From: Tubiluchus corallicola
Taxonomy: Eukaryota > Animalia > Priapulida
Direction: 5' to 3'
Assembly: GCA_030141605.1 (NCBI GenBank)
Contig: JAQGDQ010000158.1
Location: forward strand, 310,001-374,000
Length of the DNA stretch: 64,000 nucleotides
Position numbers and translations under genes: made by a program. Of this stretch, positions 48,801 to 64,000 are shown one piece after another; within the stretch, counting starts at the first letter, position 1, and the number at the start of each line of letters is the position of its first letter. The notes beneath the pieces were generated by a model that had not been told where the DNA came from, did not search any database, and was given only the letters and a program-made list of their open reading frames with translations.

Positions 48801-51200
48801 GCATGAACGGATATTGCGACTTGGTAGAAAATGTTAAAATCTGCCTTGCACCTTCAATATACTTGTGGTGGTCAAAGCTTGGATGGTTACTTTGTGGATG
48901 CACAATTCCTAATTCTGATGAAGTCTATGTGGATGAGACATCTTGTAAAAGCCTATGTGTGTCAGGCGAACCATTGAACTCAAATTATCCGGTAATAGAG
49001 GCGCAGAAGAATTTGAATCTCAAATTTCAGCAAAACCAACAGAACCAAACTGAGAGCTGTATACCTTTGGAATTAAAGATCCCCTAATGTCGCTGATGAT
49101 GATTTAGCATTGAATGAGTTCAACGAAAACATCCATTTGCAAAGATGGTCGTTACTATGTAAGATGGATGTGGAATGACGGTACCCCTCCTGAAGATTTA
49201 CCAGAAGGAAAGTCTCTTGCGTTAGGGCGCCTGCGTTCTACGTTTAAACGACTCGAAAGTCAAACTGATGTCTTGCAAATTTGCAAATGTCTTGCAAAAT
49301 CTTGCAATGAAACTATCAGCCAGCAAGAACGAATGGGTGTCATTGAACAAGTCAACGATCCTTCGAAACCTAGCTGACATAAAGTACAGTATTTGCCACA
49401 TCATTGTGTCATAACTCCAGAACGAACTACCAAACTTAGAGTTGTTATGGGTACCAACGCCAAAGCCAGAAAGGATCAACTAGCAATCAAAGGTGCAATA
49501 TACCGTGGTCCTGTATATCTGGAAGACCTAATGGGAATTCTGCAATTTCGTCTGTGATTTTAGCAGATATAGAGAAGGCTTTCCTGCAAATAGGCCTGCA
49601 AGAAGATGATCACGATGTAACAACAAGATTTTTCTGGCTAAAAGACCACACTAAGCCCCCTACAGAGGACAACTTATTGGTGTATAGATTCACACGTCTT
49701 TTGTTTGGCATGAATGCCTCGCCTTTTTTATTAGCAGCTGTGTTCACACATCATCACCACAAGAACGGCAGTCAGGTGGCTGATATGATTCGCAAAAACA
49801 TTTACGTCGACAATATTTCATACGGTGTACACTCCTTGGAAGGTGCCAACAACTTCTATAAGGAGAGTAAAGAAATAGTTTCCCAAATGTCAATGAACCT
49901 TCCAGAATACACATCAAACTGCAGAGAGTTTATGGAATCTATCCCAGAGCATGACAGAGTCAATTCTAATCAGGTCAAGCAATTTGGGCTTGGATGGAAC
50001 ATTAAAGAGGACATAATCCATTGTGTAGCACCAAAATTTGACTTGGAATCTACTCCAATTAAAAGAATCATCACTCAAGCATTTGCACGGGTTTTTGATC
50101 CAATTGGAATGGTTGTAATGCCTGCAAAATTCTTAACTCAGCAAATGTGGAAGGAACAATTTGACTGGGATCAGGAACTTCCGGAAAACTACAACAGGGA
50201 TTGGAATAAAATTGCAGGCGAATTAAAAACAGTATCAGACATAACACTTGAACGCTACATCGGTTCCAACAATGAGGAATGTACTTATGATTTACATTGT
50301 TTTGCTGATGCTTCCCTTAAAGCCTTTGCTGCAGTGGTGTACCTAGTAAAGCACCAAGATGACGTCCGTTCTGCAAACTTTATCATGCCAAAAGCCAGAG
50401 TAGCTCCAAAGAAGATCATCACATTGCCAAGGCTGGAACTAATGGGTGTTTGGATTGGTGTACGTTTGCTTTCGTTTGTCAAGAAGCATCTTGGACTTGA
50501 AATCCAACAAATATACATGCGGTCAGATTCATAAATAGTTCTATGGTGGTTGCGTAGTACTCGTCTGAAAAGTTTATTTGTGGAGAATTGCATTAAAGAG
50601 ATTAAATCAAACACTGCTCTCATTTTTCGCTACATTCCTACAAATGAAAACCTGGCTGATTTAGCAACAAATGGTTGTACCGTATCACAATTGATCAGCA
50701 ACTCTGTTTGGTCCCCAGGGCCAAAAGTACAGAAAAGACAGTCAATAATAAAGTGTTTGTCACTAAAGGAGTTTGGTTTATGTTGCTATATATATTGACC
50801 AAAGCCTTTTTCACAATCCAAGAGGTAGTGAAATGGATCACCTGTCTGTGAAACGAGACAAAATAAAAAATGATATACCTTAAACAAATGTTGAAATCGC
50901 CTAAAAAGTGGGTTTATTTCACTTCAACAATATTAATATTGAAGCCAAATTTAATATTGTCCGTTCTACCAGCTCAGAATAAAATTTTGTTATTTTAATT
51001 ATTCATCTTGTATTAACGTTTTTGATTATTATTATTATTACATAAACAAGGACAACGGACGGTGCCAGTACGCTTTCTTTAACAGCTCAATTCGCAATCT
51101 GTCTCTAGTGTCCTACTTGGGCTAGCCCATGTACAACGCGTCCTGCTTGGGCTAGCCCATGTACGCCAATTGTCCTGCTTCGGCTAGTGGGTTACTCGGC
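45897..51200. mobile_element. Candidate CMC/EnSpm-like non-autonomous element hosting the BEL insertion
   Basis: Left end cccaagtagtacattagc resembles the reverse complement of the right end, gccgagtaacccactagc. GCTAGCCCATGTA repeats occur near 46307, 51121 and 51151. Confidence 0.45.
46360..50815 (+). mobile_element. BEL/Pao LTR retrotransposon, decayed, integrase deleted
   Basis: 5' LTR about 46360-46639 (TGT..ACA), PBS TGGCGCC at 46641, and 3' LTR remnant 50727-50815 matching 46549-46639. Coding remnants: gag (KLPQLHIEKFKGD, Cys/His knuckles), protease (LDSASCRSYI), RT (ADIEKAFLQI, YVDN) and RNase H (HCFADAS, TLPRLELMG, NLADLAT), with many stops and frameshifts. Confidence 0.93.
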
Positions 51201-52560
51201 GCCCAACAATGGAGATTTAGATCATCTGCGTCCTTGTATTACTGAATTATGTAATGTTCCTTACCCTAGTACAGAAGTGGGTGATTTTATTTGCCGCTTT
51301 TTAACTAGGTTGACCACAACTACCCTGAAGCTTTACAGTATGGTATATTACTTTTTCGATTTTATTGCAGAATGTGGTTTTGGCCAATTAGTTTATGCAC
51401 CTACTAGGAATAATAATGTTCTAAACCTCGTGTTTACAAATGATGAATTGTGTTTATCAGATGTGTCAATTAATGAACCGTTTTTTACTTCCGATCATTG
51501 CACTGTTAAGTTCAGCATTTGCCCATCTCAGCAAATCGTAGCCTCCGAGCGTAAAAGCTTTTAGATTTTCAAAAAGCTAATTTTGACGGCTTTTCAAATT
51601 TTTTAAGACAAATTGACTGGTTTTTGACTTTTGAAAACTGTCACGCAGTTGATGAATTTTGGGCTAAATTTTTAGAAGTTTTACGTAATGATATTACCTT
51701 AACACGTGCCGTCCAGAACAATCTGATTTAAATAAGTACGGTCAAGCTATGTACTTAAACTGCAATGTAAAAAGAAGCTGTTCTGGCGAAGACACCATTC
51801 CAGTATTGGTAAATGTAGAATCGTGCAGCGAAGCAGGTTTCAGCAGCTATTTTTCATTTGAACTGTGTCAGCGAACACAGAATTTTGAACATAACAGTAC
51901 CTCTCTTTTCAAATACATTACTGGTAAGCGCAACTATAAATGAGGAGTTGCCCCTTTTACAATATGACGGAGATACTGTCGTAGACGACGGAACGAAGGC
52001 TCGAATTTTGTGTAACGAATTTTCAGAGGATTTTACTCTAGATAATGGGGTAGCACCTAAATTTACTCGCAGGACTTCTTGTGGCGTTGTCAAATGTAGT
52101 ATTACTATTTACTGTTGTGTCCATGAAGCATGTGGTCTCTGACAACAGACGTGGTCTATGAAGCATGTGGTCTCTAACAACAGACGTGGTTTATGAAGCA
52201 TGTGGTCTCTAACAACAGACGTGGTCTATGAAGCATGTGGTCTCTGACAACAGACGTGGTCTATGAAGCAGTTAAAAAGATAAATTGTATAACCAGCCAC
52301 CCGTCTGTTTTCTAGACTTGCTGGTCAACTTTATGTAGCATTAGTAAACATTTTTGAAATTTCTTTTCAAACTCATGCCCTGCCTAGCCTTTGGTTGTGT
52401 GCCGACATCGTCCCAATATTTAAAAAAGATGACCATGCAGACCCTCTTAATTACCGCCCCATTTCGCTAACTTGTGTAGCTTGCAAGGTGATCGAAATTT
52501 GTACTTAAGATGAACGTTTACATTATGAGTTTATTACAGTAAATCAACTTTTCTCTTGCC
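51201..52560 (+). mobile_element. CR1-type LINE ORF2 fragment (endonuclease to start of RT)
   Basis: VGDF...QLVYAPTRNNNVLNLVFTN...SDHC.V.F, KARILCNEF, and W..ADIVPIFKKDD...PLNYRPISLTCVACKV.E. Confidence 0.85.
52121..52270. repeat. 35-bp tandem repeat, about 4.3 copies, inside the LINE
   Basis: CTATGAAGCATGTGGTCTCTRACAACAGACGTGGT. Confidence 0.95.
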
Positions 52561-52740
52561 CCGATGAAAAAAGATTGTCAACATGAAAAGAATCGTGCAG
52601 TCCAATAAGGCCAAGACTGCCTGCATATTAAACCAAATATTGCTTAGTTTGAGCAATCCGAGTATTTTAAAAAATAATGGTCATAAAGTTTTGTTTCACT
52701 TTAACTTTTTTGCATGTAGAAAATTGACACAAACACCGCA

Positions 52741-57653
<4,913 letters not shown>

Positions 57654-58184
57654 GAGTAATGAAGTGTGCAGTGTTCTGCGTGCACAATGAGTTTTGTTGT
57701 ACTTAATTACAGAAACGTGAAAAATCTTGGGAGGTCTTTTTTCGATTTGGTTGCTAATGCTTTTCCTTAATTGTGTGAAATGCCATGGACAAGTTTCACA
57801 AATTTACTTCCACATATTATGTGTAACTCTGTAACAGCTTTGGTGTCTTTAGTAGTACATGTAGTGCACGAATTATCACGTCAGTTAGGTGGCACAAAGT
57901 TTGGCTAAGACCACGAAAAAGACAAAGAAAACACGAAAAGTTGCAATTATGCGAAATTACATTTTTGTTGCTGTAAAGCAAAGTTGCAGTTATATGAAAT
58001 TGCATCTTGTTGCTGTAATGTAACTTGCCATTTTCTCCAGTGATTTTTTGACAACCCCCATTCTTTACCTTCTGCCATATTTCCATCTGGCCTTCTGTTC
58101 TTCAATCTGGGCTAGCAGTCTGAGTGACAGAAAGATGACTAGTAGCTGAAGAAAGAAATTGGTTACACGTTTTGATATCAGTCT

Positions 58185-58337
58185 CTTTCAATCTCTCTCC
58201 ATCTCTCTCTCTCTCCTGCCTCCTTTCTCTCTCTCTCTCTCTCTCTCGCTTTCTCTCTCTCCTGCCTCCTTTCGCTCTCTCTCTCTCTCTCTCTCGCTTT
58301 CTCTCTCTCTCTCGCTTTCTCTCTCTCCTGCCGTCTT

Positions 58338-58398
<61 letters not shown>

Positions 58399-58430
58399 GT
58401 CTTTCCATCTGCTCTCTTTCCCACTCTATC
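58185..58430. repeat. (CT)n-rich microsatellite
   Basis: Directly visible. Confidence 0.95.
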
Positions 58431-59673
58431 TTCTTTAAGTACAACACTTCTCTATTAAACGGCAAAAACAAACTGGTAATCAGCAAGACTTGATACCGCT
58501 AAAATAATTCATTGCCTAAATTAATAAAATTTGTTGGATTTAAATGTTTGTCATCTACGTTTCTTCTCTGTTTCTATTGCTGCGTATTTACTGCTTATTC
58601 AGCGACACAATTTGCTGCCTATTTTCTTGGTAAGTTATGTGGAAAAGCCAAAAAATAATATGTAGGCCTACAGTACAACTTTCCTAACACCGATCTGGTG
58701 TATAAGAGATCTACGTATCCTCATCGAGCGAGTGACAGAAGTTACTTCGTTTGGTGACGACCCCTTTGCAACTAATTTATAGTTTATTCAAGTAGATTTA
58801 CTAACTGTTATCATTTGCTTTCATACATATGCATGGGCAAGGCAGTTCACAAATTAAATAATTATTAATAAAATAAAAGTTTACGTTGTTGGGCCTGAAA
58901 TACTAAAAGACACTTGTAACTTGTAAATTCTGAGCTAATTCAACAGATAAAAGCTGTATTAGAAGCGAATAAGTCGAGCGGCGTTTGTAAACACCTTATT
59001 CTTTCATTTTTTATAATTTTACTTGTTAAAAACTCTCGTGATTGGCTAAAGCGTAAGACGAATTCAAGCGGCGGACTTAAGTGGAGTCCAAGACGCTTTT
59101 ATGAATTCCAACTAACAGCCAAATCATGACAACCAGCGAGGACTTAAATGCACTCTAAAGCAGGTACATGAATACGATTTGCGACACTGTCTCAGAGGTG
59201 TTGTAAACCCCATTCACTTAGCTATCTTAGTGAGAGAAAGAGAGGATTATTTCTTATTGTCTACAGTTTTTAATTATACTATGTAGTAAATGTTTGCTTT
59301 CATGTGGCTATTTGGACCGTAACAATAACCGTGCCATAACAATAATCGCTATCACTAATCATTATCGCCATTGTCATCATCGCCGTCATCATCACCATTG
59401 TTACTACCATGCATTATATTAATGCATAATCATCACAGCGCACAAAATTGAACACAGTAATGGTGAGGTGGATGATAAACCCCACTTAAGACAACCAAAC
59501 AGTCATAAGTACAGTACACGAATCCGGGGCCAGGGCACTTGGTTTCTTGAGTTGATGTAATGCTATATTATTCTATATTAAAAAGGTCAATAAGTAATGA
59601 GATCTGTCTGAGTACACAAGAGGCAGTTGTGTTTTAAAAAATACGTTTTTTGTTTATACCATATTATATGGAA

Positions 59674-60273
59674 CTGTGGCGGCTCGTAGTTAAAATTAGC
59701 GGGGGTGCTGTTTCAGAAGATTTTTAGCCATGGTTTTAATACTGTGTAAAATGTAACGAACATATGTAATTTTAATGTTGCAGTTATGTTTGAAGATCAG
59801 GTGCTGAACGGTCTCTTTTTTCTTAACTGCAACTTTCTCATGGAGAGACAACTATGAAAAAGTTAAGCTGTTGCAGTTCACTTACAGTCACAGAACTTAT
59901 TTCTTGGGGATGCAAGACGCCCATTATTAAATAATTTATGTTTTAAGCACCTACGCCAAGTTTACATTTATCACATTCAAGAATATGTCGGTACACGGCA
60001 AGCACGTGGCAATTGTTACCGTGTTTGAGACAGTATTTTTCTACCTAGTAGTAGACACTAGCGTACAGGGCGTTTTCTGAGACATGTGCGCATGGCCGCA
60101 TGCGCACAACGGTAAAACACCGCATTGCTTAGGCTGTGAAGCAAACAGTACTACCCTCACGTGCTCCGGTTCCGCACAAGCACAAAAAAGAATTAAAGAA
60201 AAAAGACTTATTATGTTGAATATTATCAACAATAATGAGTGAAAACAGGGGGTGCTGCAGTACCTATACACTG
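59674..60273. mobile_element. Possible degenerate hAT MITE
   Basis: GC-rich ends gtggcggctc...gggggtgctg and gggggtgctgcagtacc...cactg in AT-rich context. No clean TSD. Confidence 0.3.
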
Positions 60274-62710
60274 ATATGAAAAGACTTTACTTTACCTTCT
60301 GTTGTTACTAAATGATTGCCAATCTTTGTTTTTACTGTTTTGGGTAATGTGGATTTTTGGATGGAAAAATCTAATTATGATTAAAACATAGATTGCATAT
60401 ACAAAACAGTGTTTTCGACAGTTTTATTTCGTCAATTGACTGTCTGCAGTGTTTTCACCAGTCCGATTAACCTGTCTATGTCTGTTGTCGACCAAAACTC
60501 AACGACACACATCACATCTCGAATAATTTCACGCATATCTATTATGTCTTTTAAAACACTAACTCCACTTTTAACATCAAAAGAAATGTAAGTCCCAATG
60601 TTGTTATAAATAAAAAATGTCAGTAGGTAGAGACAGCAAATTTTGAGTCCCAAATCTTATTTTTGAGCGCAAGGTTTTGATAACAAAAGACGAAAACAGG
60701 TTAATCAGGCAGTAAGAAAGAAGAGCAATGATAAAAGCAATTCTCCGAGCAAAATTTGCCAACGCAGTGACTAGCCAGGTTCCATAAGAAACTATAGAAG
60801 CTACAGCAGTATATTGTTTAAATAATTTAACTGCAAGTCTGGATGAATTTGGCCAAAACCAGCTTTAAAAACATTAAAGTAATAATTTGTAAGACTACAG
60901 AAACACTAAGAGCATGCATTTGCAGATTTCACAAGATCATTCTTCACACAAAGGTGGATGTCTGTTCATTAACATACTCTCGTTATTTTTCTTAAAACCC
61001 TAGGAGTCTTTATCTATCCAGCAAAGATTTGTGACTTTGGCATTTTGCTTCTACTTTATTGCCATAATCCTGTTTTAACACTTTCAACCCATTCAGATGA
61101 CAACCCCTCACTTTTTGAAACATCCTAAATGTACACCACTTTTTCCCAATTACCTACACATGTAAAAGACAGACTACTAGTTCAGTACTACAGAAAGAGT
61201 TGACTGACAAAGCCTTTCCCCTAATTTTCGTTCTTTTGCTCCTATCTTTGACCCTAAGAGTCCCAAACTTCAGGGTGACTGTCTTTCAACAATATCCCGA
61301 TATTTATGATAATAAATTTGAACTCAATTTAAAATCCCAGAAAGAACAATTGCAAAACCGATGAACGTGTACTGAATTCTGATAACAGACAGGGTGACAT
61401 TTCACTAAACCATTGTGTACGCCTTTGTATTATAGATAATTAATTAATCGCTTGTGGAAAATTTAGGCTCAAAATTAATCAAAGTAAAATTAGTTAGAAG
61501 AAACATTCTAATCTCACTGATCTAACATTGAAAATGCTGAATGTGGTTGACCAGCTGAGCGATGGCTAGTCGTGTAAGGTGTCAGTAATGTATGCAAATG
61601 GTCCGTGGTTAACCGCATTTCAACTTTTCACATTTCGTGTTTTTCAAGTTTGGTATCAAAATATAATTAACTGTGGGGTTGAAACAACATTAATAGTCTT
61701 GATATTAAGACTGTAAGAATTCATTTCAATACATAACTCTTACAAAGTGCTAAATTCTATGTAAAAGAAGTTTTATTTCTGAATATACACTTAAATACTT
61801 AATTTACAATTCCTGGAAAATAATAATGAATTTGATACTTTGTGCACTACAATTTAAACAAGTATTTATCACAGCAAGTCAAAATCATTAAAACAATCAA
61901 CAACGCCATTAACATAATCACAGAATCTGATTTCACGTTCACATTTTTATAACTTACTCAGTACTTATACTGAAAGATACACAAGTGTTAAGAAATCTTC
62001 ACAATACATATAACATATTTATACTATACTTTCAGGATAAATTAACTTTTACAAAACAATTAGATAAATTTGCAAGAAATATATATTTAAAACTTTAGTC
62101 ACGAAAATATTTATTTGTAAATAAAATCAGGTAGCGATTACTGCCATCACATGACATTCAGACGTTATAGCGCCAACTAGAAATCACAGTAATCAGCAAT
62201 CAATTATCTTATCAAAATTATGGACATTCAGCTCTTCCTTCCTAGATAATCATCTTGCGTTAATTATCATCTAAATCAAATGATCTAGAAAAATTATTTC
62301 TTTAATTTTACTTCTGAACTACTGCTAGCAAAGTTACATAACATTCTAATGTGCTAAACTACCTTTATTAACCAGCTTTATAAATTGAAGGGATAAAGAG
62401 GACTATTTCTAACACACAATAAGAAACGATGACAATGTTTACGACAAGTTAGCATAATTATTAGTACTCCGAGATTAGGATGCAAAATCAATGCATCAAA
62501 TCATATATCACATCATTGCCACATGTCACAAATACTTTGACAGCTCTCAGATTTCCAGGTCACAAAAATAAATCATAAGAAAGTAAATTGCATTGGCCTT
62601 CAGAAGTTCTGTTTATAAAAATCAACCGAAACTGTATGTACGATCGGTACAGAAAGCTCTTTCCACAAATATTTCATAGTTACTCATATACAGTTGTGTG
62701 TATCTGCTGA

Positions 62711-63962
62711 TCACGTAACAAGCTCTTCATCATCTATACTGTAAAGATCACCCAGATGTCGATACTTCTTCTCCTCCCTTTCTTGATGCTTTCTGAATCG
62801 CATCGCTAAAAACGACAACACGAAAATTCCGCAAATAGTTATTCCGCCCATGATCAAAAATGCCGCAACTGTCCATTTTGCAAATGACTTCAGTGGAACG
62901 GAAGCAACCCGTGGAACGTTGCAATTGTTTGTCGTGCAACAGCAAAGCTTTGTAGTGTTTATAGGTTGATCAGGAAGTGTTACCTACAACATCAGTGAGA
63001 TATATGCAATGAAAAAGTATCCAAAACTGGCATCTAAATTCATCTATTGCAGTAAAGTCACTTATGACAAAGTTGCTATGCAGCCCTTAAACATTTTAAT
63101 CTTTTTCAATGGTCCACCCAAGCATCACTGTTAAGCATCACACCAAATTTGTACATTATAGCAACACATATTGTCTTTGTTTGTTTATAATTTTTGGCAG
63201 TGTTTTTTGGATATACAAAAATAGAATTTGAAAGCTTTTCCATCTGAAATGTGTATACAGCGCTTTCTTAGATGTGTATTGATTTGTTTTCACCACACTT
63301 TATATCTTATTTGCCAAACATTCTCTTATAGTCTATTCTCCAGAACTGTAAACTCTAGAAAATTCTATTTAATTTAATTTCACCACCAGTGATCAAACAT
63401 GTCCGTTAAGTTATTAATAAACTTATTGCATGGGTAAGTGTATAACTGTTAAAGTATCTTAGGTGTTACATATGCATTGCCCAGGATGTGCAAGACATCA
63501 GCTAGAATGCAATCTATGAACCTGGTTTCTATAGTCATTAAAACTGGACATAAAAGCATGCAAAGTAGTTTAGCGATATTTTATTTGATTAAGAAACCAT
63601 CTTTAAATTAGGGTAAACTGGGAGAACTTGCACATACAAGGTGTTTAGTGTATTAAAGCAGGGTCTCAGTTACATACGTTTTATAAGCCGTCTTTAACTG
63701 CCTTAATAATGTTCTCTAAATTTCTTGTGTACTTAGCAATACAAATGTTTAATAAAGTGTTTACACAAATACAAATCACTCACGTATCTGCAACCATCCT
63801 TTTGATACATCCCATACACTTCACACACAGGATCGTCTTTTGACTCGCAATAAAATTTAACGTCAGGCAAATCAGTGGGATTACTGCTGGTATATGAATA
63901 CTGTGTCACACAGTGCAGGCTTTCTTCAGCACATGGTGATGTAGTCACATTAGCATCAGATT
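62711..63962 (-). CDS. Single-pass membrane protein with activin/BMP type II receptor-like (three-finger) ectodomain and no kinase; last two exons 63962-63784 and 62983-62711
   Basis: Spliced (TAC|gtgagt ... gttgtag|GTA): SDANVTTSPCAEESLHCVTQYSYTSSNPTDLPDVKFYCESKDDPVCEVYGMYQKDGCRY-VTLPDQPINTTKLCCCTTNNCNVPRVASVPLKSFAKWTVAAFLIMGGITICGIFVLSFLAMRFRKHQEREEKKYRHLGDLYSIDDEELVT*. The gene continues beyond the window. Confidence 0.85.
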
Positions 63963-64000
63963 CTATGGAAATACAAAATGAGAATCACATCACAATGAAA

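Overview
AT-rich, intron-rich animal (invertebrate-type) genomic DNA. Most ORFs in the six-frame track are spurious, so genes were rebuilt by hand from GT-AG exons with matching phases. In order the window holds: the 3' half of a divergent TTLL4-like tubulin polyglutamylase gene (+, 289-8484); a pentraxin-domain gene (-, 10722-20138, first exon not found); a tandem duplication (about 25.9-40.7 kb and 40.9-57.9 kb) carrying two intact, near-identical first-family (SCD/delta-9-like) acyl-CoA desaturase genes (341 aa each); and the last two exons of a gene (-, 62711-63962) encoding an activin/BMP type II receptor-like ectodomain, one TM helix and a short sorting-motif tail with no kinase. Introns and intergenic DNA contain a Harbinger derivative, hAT and ISL2EU-like MITEs, LINE fragments, a decayed BEL/Pao LTR element nested in other elements, a 47-bp minisatellite and microsatellites. 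The most notable observations are the remodelled substrate-tunnel residues of the desaturases, a desaturase intron built from decayed copies of its own splice junctions, exon-restricted gene conversion, the kinase-less type II receptor-like protein, and active-site substitutions in the TTLL and the pentraxin. Residue comparisons to reference proteins are from memory and need confirming by alignment.
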